Notes under the pieces: generated by a model | Databases searched by the model: none | Told to the model about the DNA's origin: nothing | What the model saw: only the letters and a program-made list of their open reading frames with translations | Shown here: one piece after another, positions 17,361-29,254 of the stretch | Layout: the number at the start of each line of letters is the position of its first letter | Numbering within the stretch: position 1 is the first letter of the stretch | Source: a virus | Lineage: Duplodnaviria > Heunggongvirae > Uroviricota > Caudoviricetes | DNA: 40,456 nt | Virus record (IMG/VR): IMGVR_UViG_2778261534_000007 | Coordinates: 1-40,456 of that record | Direction: 5' to 3' (one strand) | Translations under genes and position numbers: made by a program

Positions 17361-17781
17361 GCGTTACAATCACAAAGGGAAGAGCGTTAGGTGAATCGGC
17401 GATACTGCCCCACAAGCCCGTTAATCGATAGAGGTAGACTAGCGCTCTTCCTTTTGTGCTGAATTAAGCGAATGCCGGAAGCAGAACCGGATCACCAAAT
17501 GCGTACAGGCGTCATCGCCGCCCAGCAACAGCACAACCCAAACTGAGCCGTAGCCACTGGCTATCCTGAATTCATCAGTGATAGTTATGCTGCGGCCTTC
17601 TACACATGACCTTCGTGAAAGCGGGTAGCAAGAGGCTGCGCTAACAACCTCATGCCGTTTTGCCCGTGCATGTCGGTCACGAACAAATCTGATTACTAAA
17701 CACAGTAGCCTGGATTTGTTCTATCAGTAATCGACCTTATTCCTAATTAAATAGAGCAAATCCCCTTATTGGGGGTAAGAC

Positions 17782-18105
17782 ATGAAGATGCCAGAAAAAC
17801 ATGACCTGTTAGCCGCCATTCTCGCGGCAAAGGAACAAGGCATCGGGGCAATCCTTGCGTTTGCAATGGCGTACCTTCGCGGCAGATATAATGGCGGTGC
17901 GTTTACAAAAACAGTAATCGACGCAACGATGTGCGCCATTATCGCCTGGTTCATTCGTGACCTTCTCGACTTCGCAGGACTAAGTAGCAATCTCGCTTAT
18001 ATAACGAGCGTGTTCATCGGCTACATCGGTACTGACTCGATTGGTTCGCTTATCAAACGCTTCGCTGCTAAAAAAGCCGGAGTAGAAGATGGTGGAAATC
18101 AATAA
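17782..18105 (+). CDS. S: Holin S (class I, dual-start holin/antiholin)
   Basis: Near-identity to lambda S as recalled; Met-Lys-Met dual-start motif; three TM segments. Confidence 0.9.
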   Translation: MKMPEKHDLLAAILAAKEQGIGAILAFAMAYLRGRYNGGAFTKTVIDATMCAIIAWFIRDLLDFAGLSSNLAYITSVFIGYIGTDSIGSLIKRFAAKKAGVEDGGNQ

Positions 18106-18565
18106 TCAACGTAAGGCGTTCCTCGATATGCTGGCGTGGTCAGAGGGAACTGATAACGGACGTCAGAAAACCAGAAATCATGGTTATGACGTCATTGTAG
18201 GCGGAGAGCTATTTACCGATTACTCCGATCACCCTCGCAAACTTGTCACGCTAAACCCAAAACTCAAATCAACAGCAGCCGGACGTTACCAGCTTCTTTC
18301 CCGTTGGTGGGACGCCTACCGTAAGCAGCTTGGCCTGAAAGACTTCTCTCCGAAAAGCCAGGACGCTGTGGCATTGCAGCAGATTAAAGAGCGTGGCGCT
18401 TTACCGATGATTGATCGCGGTGATATTCGTCAGGCTATCGACCGTTGCAGCAATATCTGGGCTTCACTGCCGGGCGCTGGTTATGGTCAGTTCGAGCATA
18501 AGGCTGACAGCCTGATTGCAAAATTCAAAGAAGCGGGCGGAACAGTCAGAGAGATTGAGGTATGA
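18089..18565 (+). CDS. R: Endolysin R (lytic transglycosylase)
   Basis: Near-identity to lambda R (158 aa) as recalled. Confidence 0.9.
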   Translation: MVEINNQRKAFLDMLAWSEGTDNGRQKTRNHGYDVIVGGELFTDYSDHPRKLVTLNPKLKSTAAGRYQLLSRWWDAYRKQLGLKDFSPKSQDAVALQQIKERGALPMIDRGDIRQAIDRCSNIWASLPGAGYGQFEHKADSLIAKFKEAGGTVREIEV

Positions 18566-19029
18566 GCAGAGTAACCGCGATTATCTCCGCTCTGGTTATC
18601 TGCATCATCGTTTGCCTGTCATGGGCTGTTAATCATTACCGTGATAATGCCATCGCCTACAAAGAACAGCGTGATAAAAAAGTCAGTGAACTGGAGAAGG
18701 CGACCGCCACCATCGCTGACATGCAGCAGCGCCAGCGTGCTGCTGATGCACTCGATGCTAAATACACGAAGGAGTTAGCTGATGCGAAAGCTGAAAATGA
18801 TGCTCTTCGGCGCAAGCTTGATAATGGTGGCAGGGTGCTCGTCAAAGGAAAATGCCCTGTGCCATCCTCATCCGAAACCTCCGGCGCCTCCGGCATGGGC
18901 AATGATGCCACCGTCGAACTCTCTCCAGTTGCTGGACGAAACGTTCTCGGTGTCCGGGACGGAATTATCCGCGACCAAACAGCACTGAGAACGCTTCAGG
19001 AATACATCAGGACGCAATGCCTTCGATGA
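18562..19029 (+). CDS. Rz: Spanin inner-membrane subunit Rz
   Basis: N-terminal TM segment, coiled coil, position after R; similarity to lambda Rz. Confidence 0.8.
   Translation: MSRVTAIISALVICIIVCLSWAVNHYRDNAIAYKEQRDKKVSELEKATATIADMQQRQRAADALDAKYTKELADAKAENDALRRKLDNGGRVLVKGKCPVPSSSETSGASGMGNDATVELSPVAGRNVLGVRDGIIRDQTALRTLQEYIRTQCLR
18782..18988 (+). CDS. Rz1: Spanin outer-membrane lipoprotein subunit Rz1 (embedded in the +1 frame of Rz)
   Basis: Entirely nested in Rz in a different frame; lipobox MVAGC followed by a Pro-rich segment (PKPPAPPAW), as in lambda Rz1. Confidence 0.65.
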   Translation: MRKLKMMLFGASLIMVAGCSSKENALCHPHPKPPAPPAWAMMPPSNSLQLLDETFSVSGTELSATKQH

Positions 19030-19204
19030 TAGCGATAATTTTACTCATCATCCTTCGCATCTGGCTCTATAGACAGGGTGATGATCACTTCTGGAGTGAA
19101 TCCAGATTAAACATCTCATTGCTGATGCTTGATATTGAGCATCTGGCGCGCAGTAAGGGGCTGCGTTGATATAAGAGCCAGTTCATTACAAATACCAGGA
19201 TTTA

Positions 19205-19228
19205 GCCTCGCATTTGCGGGGCTTTTTT
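19205..19228 (+). terminator. Intrinsic terminator-like hairpin downstream of Rz
   Basis: Hairpin GCCTCGC-ATTT-GCGGGGC followed by TTTTTT. Confidence 0.45.
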
Positions 19229-19372
19229 ATATCTGAATTTCACAGCGCATCTCACGCGCATATTAACGAGAGCCTTTCAGTAAGCGAGCCTGAGAAATGC
19301 CGTTATAGGTGGCGACCTCTCTCGGGCGGCTTTTCTGTGAGACAGGCTTACTTTCTAAAAGGTAAAGACGCT

Positions 19373-19897
19373 ATGAATAGTCATTCAGTTATTCCAGCCT
19401 TCGACTTCCGAGAAATGGTGCAAGCCAAAAACGGAGAGGTCGTTACCACATCCAGAAAAATTGCCAAGTACTTCGGCAAGCGACACGGTGATGTTCTCAG
19501 GAAAATCGAGCAGGTTAAGGCTGATTGCTCGCGTGAGTTTAGCCAACGCAATTTTGCGTCGGCTGATTATATCGATGAACAGGGCAAGGTTCGCCCGATG
19601 TACAGCCTGACGAAAGATGGCTGGATCATGGTTGTAATGGGGTTCACCGGGAAAGCTGCTGCAGCAATCAAGGAGAGCTATATAGCAGCATTCAATTGGA
19701 TGGCAGAGCAACTGAGCCGCCGCATGGCAATTGGCGAAGAAATGCAGCACCGCTACGCCATCAAAGAAACACGCTCAAAGCTGAAAGGTACGATCGGCAG
19801 TCGATTAATGAACGAACGGAAGAAAGAGAAGCGCGTCCTGGCTGTCGAGCATGAATACATCTTGCAGGTGACACAGCCTGAACTGCTGATTAATTGA
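19373..19897 (+). CDS. rha: Rha-family phage regulatory protein (174 aa)
   Basis: N-terminal Rha-like signature (EVVTTSRKIAKYFGKRHGDVLRKIEQ); the listed ORF start (19214, TTG) is an unsupported extension. Confidence 0.6.
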   Translation: MNSHSVIPAFDFREMVQAKNGEVVTTSRKIAKYFGKRHGDVLRKIEQVKADCSREFSQRNFASADYIDEQGKVRPMYSLTKDGWIMVVMGFTGKAAAAIKESYIAAFNWMAEQLSRRMAIGEEMQHRYAIKETRSKLKGTIGSRLMNERKKEKRVLAVEHEYILQVTQPELLIN

Positions 19898-20196
19898 AGA
19901 TGTCATTACAAAGCCTATCTACGGGTGGGCTTGATAATGAAACCGGAATTTATTCTGGGTAACCAGTTACGGCAGTACCGCGAAACAACCCAAGCCAGTA
20001 AGTGGGGAAATAACACTGGCAGCCACTGAAAGATGAACCTCCAGCCTTAAGGCAAAAAAGATTCTTTGTGGTGGCGGACTGATGGAAAGACATCGGTTAT
20101 TGCAGAGGCCATTCAATGAGTGGTCTCGACAATGGCTTATACCCTACACGGGATAACTTAACTGATATCCCTTTTAACGGATAAACGGAGCCAACA

Positions 20197-20439
20197 ATGG
20201 CAGAGATTATTCCCATGACTGAAGAACAGAAATTCCAGTTAGAGATTTACAAACTGGTCATGAACCAGAACGCAGCCGCAGAAGAAGCATTTCAGTTCAT
20301 TGGCACTGACGAGCTGAAGCTTGAGCCATTCAAAATTCACTTCCAGTCAGGCGGCGCTAATTCAGATATCACGACCCGTACTATCGAAGCGGTGCGTAAA
20401 TCGAAGGAAGCGTTAGACCTGTTCACCACCGGAGCATAA
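20197..20439 (+). CDS. Hypothetical protein (80 aa) preceding the terminase genes
   Basis: GGAG RBS; position corresponds to the small ORF upstream of gene 3 in P22-like phages. Confidence 0.5.
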   Translation: MAEIIPMTEEQKFQLEIYKLVMNQNAAAEEAFQFIGTDELKLEPFKIHFQSGGANSDITTRTIEAVRKSKEALDLFTTGA

Positions 20440-20441
20440 AC

Positions 20442-20879
20442 ATGGCGCGCCCAACAAAGTATCAAGAGGCGTATGCCGAACAGGCACGCAAACTGTGCTT
20501 GCTGGGCTACACCGATGCAGAACTTGCTGATTTCTTTGAAGTCAGTGAGTCAACTATTAACAAGTGGAAGCTTGATTATCCGAAGTTTTCGGAGTCCATA
20601 AAAAAGGGTAAGGCCGTCGCTGATGCAGAAGTTAGTGATCGTCTTTATCAACGCGCTATGGGCTTCGTGGCTCCAGATATCGATATTCGTGTTATTGAAA
20701 ACAGAATTGTCGAAACTCCGCTTGAGAAGTATTACCCGCCTGATACAACAGCCGCCATCTTCTGGCTTAAGAACCGACAGAAGGATAAATGGCGCGATAA
20801 GCAAGAAGTTGAACACACCGGAGAGGTTAACCTGATTCAGCGCATTCAGGAGGCCAGAAAACGCGCGAGAGGTGAGTAA
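20442..20879 (+). CDS. Terminase small subunit (P22 gp3 / Sf6 gp1-like)
   Basis: Basic 145-aa protein with an HTH-like N-terminus, immediately upstream of and coupled to the large terminase. Confidence 0.7.
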   Translation: MARPTKYQEAYAEQARKLCLLGYTDAELADFFEVSESTINKWKLDYPKFSESIKKGKAVADAEVSDRLYQRAMGFVAPDIDIRVIENRIVETPLEKYYPPDTTAAIFWLKNRQKDKWRDKQEVEHTGEVNLIQRIQEARKRARGE

Positions 20880-22339
20880 TGTCGTCAGAATTCGAGGCAA
20901 TGCTTGCCGATGATATGGGGCGATTCTTTTACGATCCGCTTGGCTTCGTTATGTATGCGTTTGATTGGGGAACTGGTGAGCTTGAGGGCTTTGACGGCCC
21001 CGATGAATGGCAGAAAGAGTTTCTGACAGATTGGGGAGACGCAATCAGGACTAATAACTTCGACGGTGTTAAACCTGTTGAAGCCTATCGTTGCGCTACC
21101 AGCTCTGGTCACGGTATCGGTAAAAGTGCTCTAACTGCCTGGGTCATTCTGTACATCCTCAGCACTCGTCCTTTCTGCAAGGGCGTCGTGACAGCCAATA
21201 CCTCTGAACAGCTTCGCACCAAAACATGGGGCGAGCTGGGCAAGTGGAAGAAGCGGTGCATCACCGGTCACTGGTTTGAGTACAACAACGGCAAAGGCAA
21301 CATGAACATCTACCATGTGGATCACATGGAATCATGGCGCTGTGACGGCCAGACGTGTCGGGAAGAGAACAGCGAGTCATTTGCTGGCCTGCATGCAGCT
21401 AACTCAAGCCCGTTCTACATCTTCGATGAAGCCTCAGCGGTTCCTGACAAAATTTGGGAAGTAGCAGAGGGCGGCCTTACTGACGGCGAGCCTTTCTGGT
21501 TTGCATTTGGGAACCCGACGCGTAACACCGGTCGATTCCGAGAGTGCTTCCGCAAGTTCAAACACCGATGGCGTCGACGTCAAATTGATAGCCGCCTGGC
21601 AAAGATGACCAACAAAGAGCTCATCGAAGAGTGGCGCAAGGATTACGGTGAAGACAGCGACTTCTTTAAAGTACGTGTTCGCGGCCTATTCCCATCGACA
21701 TCAGAAGTCCAGTTCATACCTCAGGCATATGTGGATGAGGCCATGTCTCGCACGCTTGAGCCCGGGTCTTACACATTCGCATCCAAAATAATCGGCGTTG
21801 ACCCTGCTTACACAGGTAGTGATGAGGCATCAATTTACCTTCGCCAGGGTCTTCATGCGCGCTTGCTTGGCACCTACCCGAAAACAGATGACGACGTTAA
21901 GTTCGCGCAAATCGTCGCAGGATTTGAGGATGAGCATAAGGCAGATGCAGTGTTCATAGACTTCGGGTATGGCACCGGAATTCACTCAATAGGTAGGTCG
22001 TGGGGAAGGAAGTGGCAGCTGGTTAACTTTGGGGGTGAATCCAAAGACCCCGGCATGCTGAACAAGCGCGGTGAGATGTGGAACTCAATGAAGTCATGGC
22101 TCAAAGAAGGGGGAAGTATCGATGATCAGCAAACAGCTGACGAAATCGTTGCTCCTGAGTACAGGGTTAAGCTCGATGGGCGCATCGTCCTTGAGGCCAA
22201 AGAGGACATGAAGCGCCGTGGGGTTCCTTCACCAAACCGCGCTGATGCGTTAGCCCTGACGTTTGCATTCCCGGTAGTCAAAAACAAACCAACTAAGCCA
22301 TTACCGGCTCCAATTCGTCCAATTTCCAGAGGTAGATAA
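20879..22339 (+). CDS. Terminase large subunit (ATPase/nuclease)
   Basis: Walker A-like [15 protein letters not shown]; 486 aa; start overlaps the small-subunit stop and its stop overlaps the portal start. Confidence 0.85.
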   Translation: MSSEFEAMLADDMGRFFYDPLGFVMYAFDWGTGELEGFDGPDEWQKEFLTDWGDAIRTNNFDGVKPVEAYRCATSSGHGIGKSALTAWVILYILSTRPFCKGVVTANTSEQLRTKTWGELGKWKKRCITGHWFEYNNGKGNMNIYHVDHMESWRCDGQTCREENSESFAGLHAANSSPFYIFDEASAVPDKIWEVAEGGLTDGEPFWFAFGNPTRNTGRFRECFRKFKHRWRRRQIDSRLAKMTNKELIEEWRKDYGEDSDFFKVRVRGLFPSTSEVQFIPQAYVDEAMSRTLEPGSYTFASKIIGVDPAYTGSDEASIYLRQGLHARLLGTYPKTDDDVKFAQIVAGFEDEHKADAVFIDFGYGTGIHSIGRSWGRKWQLVNFGGESKDPGMLNKRGEMWNSMKSWLKEGGSIDDQQTADEIVAPEYRVKLDGRIVLEAKEDMKRRGVPSPNRADALALTFAFPVVKNKPTKPLPAPIRPISRGR

Positions 22340-24507
22340 TGGCCGACCAAGACGACAAATTGCGAACCATTCTCCTTCGGTTTGACAGGGATTGGGCAGC
22401 AAGCGATGAGGCCAGAACCGAGGCGACAAATGACCTGTATTTTAGCCGAGTGTCGCAATGGGATGACTGGCTATCAAACTACACCACCCTGCAATATCGC
22501 GGACAATTCGATGTTGTTCGCCCGGTGGTCAGGAAACTGGTCGCAGAGATGCGCCGGAACCCTATCGACGTTCTCTTCCGACCCAAAGACGGCGCTAATC
22601 CTGATGCAGCCGATGTGTTGATGGGGATGTATCGTACTGATATGCGCCATAACACGGCAAAAATTGCCGTTAACGTTGGCGTTCGTGAGCAGATAGAGTC
22701 CGGCGTTGGTGCATGGCGTCTGGTCACGCAGTACGAAGACAACGACCCAACAAGCAACAATCAGGTAATCCGACGCCTGCCAATCCATGAAGCCTGCTCA
22801 CACGTCATATGGGACGCCAACAGCAAGCAGATGGATAAGAGCGACGCTAAGCACTGCACGGTGATTAACGCCTTGTCGCGCAATGGCTGGAAAGAGTTCG
22901 CAGAGGATTACGGTATTGATCCGGACACCTTGCCATCTTTCCAGAATCCGAACGATACATGGCTGTTTCCGTGGGTATCGAATGATGTCGTCTACGTCGC
23001 TGAGTATTACGAGGTCGAAGAGAAGAAGGAGAAAGTCTTCATCTACCGCGACCCGCTGACAGGTGAGCCGGTCAGCTATTACCAGCAGGATATCAAAGAC
23101 GTCATCGACGACCTGGCTAATCGTGGATTCATTAAGGTAGCAGAGCGCAAGGTGAAGCGTCGGCGTGTGTATAAGTCGATCATCACCTGTACGCAGATAC
23201 TGAAAGACCGCGAGAAGATAGCCGGAGAGCATATTCCAATCGTTCCAGTGTATGGTGAATGGTCATTCGCTGGTGACAAGGAGTGCTACGAAGGAGTGGT
23301 AAGGCTGACGAAAGACGGTCAACGCCTTCGTAACATGATCATGTCGTTCAACGCCGATATTGTTGCTCGTTCACCGAAGAAGAAACCTACCTTCTTCCCT
23401 GAGCAAATCGAAGGCTACGAATACATGTACGGTGGAAATGATGACTATCCGTACTATCTGCAGAACAGGACCGATGAAAACGGTAACGACCTGCCGATTG
23501 GTCCAATCTCCTACATGGAAAACCCTGAAGTGCCGCAAGCCAACGCTTACATGCTTGAGGCTGCCACCAACGCAGTGAAAGAGGTGGCTAGTCTTGGCGT
23601 GGATGCGCAGGCGGCAAACTCTCAGGTCGCTTTCGATACCGTCAATCAACTGAACATGCGGGCAGACCTTGAGACATACGTGTTTCAGGATAACCTGGCT
23701 ACCGCAATGCGACGTGATGGCGAGATTTACGCCTCAATGGTCAACGATATTTATGACGTTCCTCGTCATGTAACGCTGACACTTGAAGATGGAAGCGAGA
23801 AAGACGTTCAACTCTATGCGCAAGTTGTCGATTACCAGTCCGGCAATGTGGTCACACTCAACGACATTCGCGGTCGCTATGAGTGCTATACGGACGTTGG
23901 ACCATCCTTCCAGAGCATGAAGGAACAGAACCGCGCAGAGATTCAGGAGTTGCTCACCAAGGTTCCGCAAGGTACTCCAGAGTTCCAGATGCTGATGCTG
24001 CAATACTTCACGCTCCTTGACGGTAAAGGCGTCGAGATGATGCGAGAGTACGCGAACAAGCAACTGGTGATGATGGGGCTGAAGAAACCAGAAACACCTG
24101 AAGAGATGGAGATGGTGCAACAGGCGCAACAGCAGCCGCAGCAGCCATCAGCAGAGCAAATTCAGGCGCAGGGTATCCTTTTGCAAGGTCAGGCTGAATT
24201 GCTCAAGGCAGAGAACCAACAGGCGCAGATTCAGGTTGAAGCTGCCAAGGTTGAAGCCCAAAACCAACTCAACGCCGCGAAGATTGCAGAAATCTTCAAC
24301 AATATGGACCTCGACAAGCAGGCAGAACTGCGTGAGTACCTCAAGCTCGTAGGTCAATTCCAGCAACAGCGCAGCAAAGATGCTCGTGCTAACGCTGAGC
24401 TGCTTCTTAAAGATTCAGACCATACTCATTCACAACGCATGGATTTCGCGAATCTTATGCGTCAAGTTCAAATCCCCTCCGGCGGAGTAGCCGAGACACC
24501 TCAATAA
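22339..24507 (+). CDS. Portal protein (P22 gp1-like)
   Basis: Extensive identity to the P22 portal as recalled ([73 protein letters not shown]...); 722 aa. Confidence 0.9.
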   Translation: MADQDDKLRTILLRFDRDWAASDEARTEATNDLYFSRVSQWDDWLSNYTTLQYRGQFDVVRPVVRKLVAEMRRNPIDVLFRPKDGANPDAADVLMGMYRTDMRHNTAKIAVNVGVREQIESGVGAWRLVTQYEDNDPTSNNQVIRRLPIHEACSHVIWDANSKQMDKSDAKHCTVINALSRNGWKEFAEDYGIDPDTLPSFQNPNDTWLFPWVSNDVVYVAEYYEVEEKKEKVFIYRDPLTGEPVSYYQQDIKDVIDDLANRGFIKVAERKVKRRRVYKSIITCTQILKDREKIAGEHIPIVPVYGEWSFAGDKECYEGVVRLTKDGQRLRNMIMSFNADIVARSPKKKPTFFPEQIEGYEYMYGGNDDYPYYLQNRTDENGNDLPIGPISYMENPEVPQANAYMLEAATNAVKEVASLGVDAQAANSQVAFDTVNQLNMRADLETYVFQDNLATAMRRDGEIYASMVNDIYDVPRHVTLTLEDGSEKDVQLYAQVVDYQSGNVVTLNDIRGRYECYTDVGPSFQSMKEQNRAEIQELLTKVPQGTPEFQMLMLQYFTLLDGKGVEMMREYANKQLVMMGLKKPETPEEMEMVQQAQQQPQQPSAEQIQAQGILLQGQAELLKAENQQAQIQVEAAKVEAQNQLNAAKIAEIFNNMDLDKQAELREYLKLVGQFQQQRSKDARANAELLLKDSDHTHSQRMDFANLMRQVQIPSGGVAETPQ

Positions 24508-24520
24508 GAGAGAGTTAATC

Positions 24521-25432
24521 ATGAACCCAACCACCGACATTCAGGCTTCTGAAGAATTAACCCTGACCGGCAATCATGCAGCGGCATCTGCTGATGGCTT
24601 AGTTGTCGATAATGCCAACGACAACGCAGGTCAGGAAGAAGGCTTCGAGATTGTCCTGAAAGACGATGAGAAACCAAAACAAGACCAGGCAACTAATGCT
24701 GAATTTGCCCGTCGCCGCATCGAACGCAAACGCCAGCGTGAGCTTGAGCAGCAGATGGAAGCGGTTAAGCGTGGAGAGTTGCCGGAGCACCTGCGGGTGA
24801 ACCCTGAGTTACCAAAACAACCAGACCCTAACGATTATCTTTCCGAAGACGCACTGGCTAAGTACGACTATGACCAGAGCCGCGCACTGGCTGCCTTCCA
24901 GCAGGCAAACAGTGAATGGCAGATCAAGGCTATGGACGCACGAAGCCAGGCTGTCGCCGAGCAGGGTCGCAAAACTCAGGAGTTCACCCAGCAATCAGCG
25001 CAATACGTCGAGGCAGCCCGTAAGCACTACGACGCAGCGGAAAAGCTCAATATCCCTGACTATCAGGAGAAAGAGGATGCATTCATGCAACTGGTGCCGC
25101 CAGCAGTCGGTGCCGACATCATGCGCCTCTTCCCGGAGAAATCCGCTGCTATCATGTATCACCTTGGTGCTAATCCTGAGAAAACACGCCAGTTGCTGGC
25201 GATGGACGGGCAATCCGCACTGATTGAACTCACTCGACTGTCAGAACGTTTAACTCTCAAGCCTCGAGCCAAGCCTGTTTCAGAAGCCCCGTTACCTGAT
25301 GAACCCATTCAGGGACATGCTGTTGCTGCAAATATCTCTGCGATTGAAAAGCAGATGGAGGCGGCAGCAAACAAAGGGGATGTAGAGACGTACCGCAAGC
25401 TCAAGGCGCAACTGAATAAAGGAATTCGATAA
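24521..25432 (+). CDS. Scaffolding protein (P22 gp8-like)
   Basis: 303 aa, acidic and helical, between portal and coat as in P22. Confidence 0.8.
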   Translation: MNPTTDIQASEELTLTGNHAAASADGLVVDNANDNAGQEEGFEIVLKDDEKPKQDQATNAEFARRRIERKRQRELEQQMEAVKRGELPEHLRVNPELPKQPDPNDYLSEDALAKYDYDQSRALAAFQQANSEWQIKAMDARSQAVAEQGRKTQEFTQQSAQYVEAARKHYDAAEKLNIPDYQEKEDAFMQLVPPAVGADIMRLFPEKSAAIMYHLGANPEKTRQLLAMDGQSALIELTRLSERLTLKPRAKPVSEAPLPDEPIQGHAVAANISAIEKQMEAAANKGDVETYRKLKAQLNKGIR

Positions 25433-26727
25433 TGGCATTAAATGAAGGTCAACTGGTCACGTATGCTCTGGATGAAATCATCGAAACCGTCCAGAACCTG
25501 ACGCCAATGGCGTCCAAAGTGACAAAATACACCCCTCCGGCAGAATCCATGCAGCGTTCAAGCAACACCGTGTGGATGCCTGTTGAGCAGGAAGCGCCAA
25601 CCCAGACTGGCTGGGATTTAACTGGCAACGCAACCGGGATTCTGGAACTCTCCGTGAAATGCAACATGGGCGATCCGGATAACGATTTCTTCGAGCTTCG
25701 TGCAGATGACCTGCGTGATGAGCGTTCTTACCGTCGCCGCATCCAGGCATCCGCCAAAAAACTGGCGAATAACATTGAGTCAGCAATTGCCAAACAGGCA
25801 ACTGAAATGGGCTCGCTTGTTGTTCACGATACCCGCGCAATTGGTCCATCTACTGGCCTGTCTGGCTGGGATTTTGTGTCTGATGCAGAGCGCCTGATGT
25901 TCTCCCGTGAGCTAAACCGCGATATGGGCATCAGTTACTTCCTGAACCCTGACGATTACCGCAAAGCAGGCCGCAACCTGGTAGATGGTGACATCTTCGG
26001 TCGCGTTCCTGAAGAAGCGTATCGCAACGGTACTATTCAGCGTCAGATTGCTGGCTTTGATGAAATTCTTCGCTCACCGAAACTTCCGGCAGTTACCAAG
26101 TCAACCGCTACTGGTGTAACTGTTTCTGGTGCGCAGAAGTTTAAGCCGCAGGCATACACTCTTGATACCGATGGTAACAAAGAGAACGTCGACAACCGTG
26201 TTGCAACGGTGACCGTATCCTCCACCACCGGGTTTAAGCGCGGCGACAAAATCAGCTTCACTGGTGTGAAATTCCTGTCTCAGATGGCGAAGAACGTGCT
26301 GACTGATGATGCTACTTTCTCAATCACCCGTGTGATCGATGGTACTCACATCGAAATCACGCCGAAGCCGATTGCACTGGATGACGCGTCACTGACAAAA
26401 GAAGAGAAGGCTTACGCTAACGTAAACACCTCTCTTGCTGATACCACTCCGGTAAACGTTCTGAACGTGGCAACAACCACCGCTAACGTGTTCTGGGCTG
26501 ATGACTCAATCCGCCTGCTGTCTCAGCCGATCCCGGTAACCCATGAACTGTTTGCTGGCATGAAAACGTCTTCCTTCAGCATTCCTGGTATTGGTGTTAA
26601 CGGCATCTTCGCAACGCAGGGTGATATCAACACTCTGTCTGGTAAGTGCCGTATTGCTGTGTGGTATTCAGCATGTGCTGTACGACCAGAGGCAATTGGT
26701 GTTGGTCTGCCTAACCAGACCGCGTGA
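25432..26727 (+). CDS. Major capsid (coat) protein (P22 gp5-like)
   Basis: Strong similarity to P22 coat across 431 aa as recalled (MALNEGQ.VT.A.DEIIET...[33 protein letters not shown]...). Confidence 0.9.
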   Translation: MALNEGQLVTYALDEIIETVQNLTPMASKVTKYTPPAESMQRSSNTVWMPVEQEAPTQTGWDLTGNATGILELSVKCNMGDPDNDFFELRADDLRDERSYRRRIQASAKKLANNIESAIAKQATEMGSLVVHDTRAIGPSTGLSGWDFVSDAERLMFSRELNRDMGISYFLNPDDYRKAGRNLVDGDIFGRVPEEAYRNGTIQRQIAGFDEILRSPKLPAVTKSTATGVTVSGAQKFKPQAYTLDTDGNKENVDNRVATVTVSSTTGFKRGDKISFTGVKFLSQMAKNVLTDDATFSITRVIDGTHIEITPKPIALDDASLTKEEKAYANVNTSLADTTPVNVLNVATTTANVFWADDSIRLLSQPIPVTHELFAGMKTSSFSIPGIGVNGIFATQGDINTLSGKCRIAVWYSACAVRPEAIGVGLPNQTA

Positions 26728-26770
26728 TAACCAGAGGGAGCTTCTGCTCCCTTTTCTATTGGAGATACCA

Positions 26771-27358
26771 ATGAGCGTAATGATTTTTCAGGCTGGCGGA
26801 GATACCAAAATATGGGGACGCAAGCTGAAAACGAAAACCGTTGATCCTGATGATGTAGCTGTGCACTTAGCAAATGGCTGGTATAAGCACCCTGACGATG
26901 TTCCTGATGATCCTCTTGTTGGTGATCAAATTGGGAGTGTTGGCGGAGGTGAAACTTCCCCAGTTGATATGGGCGAAGTGTCCGACGGTTATCACACTTT
27001 TAACGAGCTTTACGCTCACCGAGTGCGCCTCTTCTCATCGCTGATGCATGCTTACGCTGAGCTTTCGTGGTGGTCTCGCAAACACAGTGACGGTGAAGAG
27101 TGGGATGGCTGGATCATTGCTGGTATCACCACTCCAGAAGGCGAAATCACTTATCACCTACCTGTTGAAGAAATCGAGTTCCTTCCTGAAGGTACTGAGC
27201 TTGAGTTCGGGAAAGAGTGGGATGGTCATGAAGCAAATGATGTTCTTGGACGACTCCTGAGTTTGCGTCCGGCTATTGCAGAGCCAGAAGAAAAACAGCG
27301 TAAAAAGCCTGGTCGAAAACCTAAGGCGGCAGCAGATGAACCTGACAACGAAGGGTGA
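26771..27358 (+). CDS. Hypothetical acidic protein between coat and gp4-like genes (195 aa)
   Basis: GGAG RBS 6 nt before the ATG at 26771; Asp/Glu-rich with a basic C-terminal tail. Confidence 0.5.
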   Translation: MSVMIFQAGGDTKIWGRKLKTKTVDPDDVAVHLANGWYKHPDDVPDDPLVGDQIGSVGGGETSPVDMGEVSDGYHTFNELYAHRVRLFSSLMHAYAELSWWSRKHSDGEEWDGWIIAGITTPEGEITYHLPVEEIEFLPEGTELEFGKEWDGHEANDVLGRLLSLRPAIAEPEEKQRKKPGRKPKAAADEPDNEG

Positions 27359-27836
27359 TTTAGTCCTTGCGGCATTACGTAAGCTCGGTGTGGCATCAAA
27401 TGCCACGTTAACAGATGTCGAACCGCAGTCTATGGAAGACGGCGTCAACGACCTTGAAATGATGATGGCTGAATGGCTTGGCGGTGATGCGTCACCTGGT
27501 ATCAACGTTGGCTACATTTTTGCTGATGCAGATGTTTCTCCGGATCCGGGCGATGAGCACGGTTTATCAAATAACGCTATCAATGCCGTCATTTTCAACC
27601 TTGCCTGCCGCATTGCTCCAGATTATGCGCTGGAAGCGTCTGCAAAACTTATAACCACTGCCAGATACGGGAAAGAGCGACTCGTCAAACTGTCTGCAAT
27701 GGATAGGGCGAAAGCCGCTAAATGTAAGTCCGGTTATCCAAACCGTATGCCTGTTGGCAGTGGAAACCAGTTGGCGAAGTGGAACGGTTGGAATTACTTC
27801 CACCGAAAGGAACCTTGTGATAACGGGAGCGAATAA
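27336..27836 (+). CDS. Head completion / tail accessory protein (P22 gp4-like, 166 aa)
   Basis: Size and synteny match P22 gene 4; translationally coupled to the gp10-like gene. Confidence 0.6.
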   Translation: MNLTTKGDLVLAALRKLGVASNATLTDVEPQSMEDGVNDLEMMMAEWLGGDASPGINVGYIFADADVSPDPGDEHGLSNNAINAVIFNLACRIAPDYALEASAKLITTARYGKERLVKLSAMDRAKAAKCKSGYPNRMPVGSGNQLAKWNGWNYFHRKEPCDNGSE

Positions 27837-29254
27837 TGCCGATTCAGCAACTTCCGCTTATGAAAGGTGTCGGCAAAGACTTTAGAAACGCCGACTATAT
27901 CGACTATCTGCCAGTGAATATGTTGGCTACACCCAAAGAAATCCTTAACAGCAGCGGATATCTTCGTTCATTCCCGGGCATTGCCAAACGTTCTGATGTG
28001 AACGGAGTATCGCGAGGCGTCGAGTACAACATGGCGCAGAGTGCTGTTTATCGCGTGTGTGGTGGCAAGCTGTACAAAGGCGAAAGCGAAGTCGGTGACG
28101 TCGCCGGAAGTGGTCGTGTATCAATGGCGCATGGTCGTACATCTCAGGCGGTAGGCGTTAATGGTCAACTGGTCGAGTATCGCTATGATGGCACGGTTAA
28201 AACCATCTCAAACTGGCCTACAGACAGTGGATTTACGCAGTATGAGTTAGGTTCGGTTCGCGACATTACGCGCTTGCGCGGGCGTTATGCGTGGTCAAAA
28301 GACGGCACTGATTCATGGTTTATCACTGACCTTGAAGACGAATCGCATCCTGACCGCTACAGTGCACAATATCGCGCAGAATCGCAGCCGGACGGCATCA
28401 TCGGTATCGGCACATGGCGAGACTTCATCGTCTGCTTTGGTTCATCGACGATTGAGTATTTTTCCCTGACTGGTGCAACCACCGTTGGTGCCGCTTTGTA
28501 TGTCGCACAGCCATCACTGATGGTGCAGAAAGGCATTGCCGGGACTTACTGCAAAACGCCGTTTGCTGACTCGTATGCGTTCATCAGCAATCCGGCAACA
28601 GGTGCGCCGTCTGTATACATCATCGGCTCCGGTCAGGTATCACCAATCGCCAGCGCGAGCATTGAGAAAATACTACGCTCCTACACTGCTGATGAACTGG
28701 CTGAAGGCGTGATGGAATCGCTGCGGTTTGATGCGCATGAGTTGCTGATTATCCATCTTCCGCGCCACGTACTCGTGTACGACGCATCTTCAAGCGCCAA
28801 TGGTCCGCAATGGTGTGTGCTGAAAACAGGCCTGTATGACGATGTGTACCGCGCTATAGACTTCATTTACGAAGGCAATAAGATAACGTGCGGCGATAAG
28901 CTGGAGTCCGTGACCGGGAAATTGCAATTCGACATCAGCAGCCAGTACGACAAGCAACAGGAACATCTGCTGTTTACTCCTCTGTTCAAAGCGGATAACG
29001 CCAGAGTTTTCGACCTTGAAGTTGAATCGTCAACTGGAGTTGCGCAGTATGCTGACCGCCTTTTTCTCTCTGCAACCACTGACGGCATCAATTACGGGCG
29101 TGAGCAGATGATTGAGCAGAATGAACCGTTCGTTTACGACAAACGCGTTTTGTGGAAGCGTGTCGGGCGAATAAGGAAAAATGTCGGCTTCAAATTGCGC
29201 GTTATCACTAAGTCACCTGTCACTCTCTCAGGCTGCCAGATAAGGATTGAGTAA
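27836..29254 (+). CDS. Tail accessory protein (P22 gp10-like, 472 aa)
   Basis: Length and synteny match P22 gene 10. Confidence 0.7.
   Translation: MPIQQLPLMKGVGKDFRNADYIDYLPVNMLATPKEILNSSGYLRSFPGIAKRSDVNGVSRGVEYNMAQSAVYRVCGGKLYKGESEVGDVAGSGRVSMAHGRTSQAVGVNGQLVEYRYDGTVKTISNWPTDSGFTQYELGSVRDITRLRGRYAWSKDGTDSWFITDLEDESHPDRYSAQYRAESQPDGIIGIGTWRDFIVCFGSSTIEYFSLTGATTVGAALYVAQPSLMVQKGIAGTYCKTPFADSYAFISNPATGAPSVYIIGSGQVSPIASASIEKILRSYTADELAEGVMESLRFDAHELLIIHLPRHVLVYDASSSANGPQWCVLKTGLYDDVYRAIDFIYEGNKITCGDKLESVTGKLQFDISSQYDKQQEHLLFTPLFKADNARVFDLEVESSTGVAQYADRLFLSATTDGINYGREQMIEQNEPFVYDKRVLWKRVGRIRKNVGFKLRVITKSPVTLSGCQIRIE

Noticed and set aside
19214-19372. N-terminal extension of the Rha ORF (listed start 19214)
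   Set aside because: The extension begins with TTG, runs through a terminator hairpin and has no RBS; the conserved Rha domain begins at the ATG at 19373.
19898-20196. Possible cos site between the lysis and terminase genes
   Set aside because: The packaging module is P22/Sf6-type, which uses headful packaging from a pac site inside the small terminase gene; no lambda cos-like sequence was recognised.
22126-24366. Multiple 60-144-aa ORFs on the minus strand inside the terminase and portal genes (e.g. 22126..22458, 22474..22788, 22798..23232, 23734..24129, 24148..24366)
   Set aside because: They lie antisense within strongly supported, conserved structural genes, have no RBS and low-complexity translations; they are frame artefacts.
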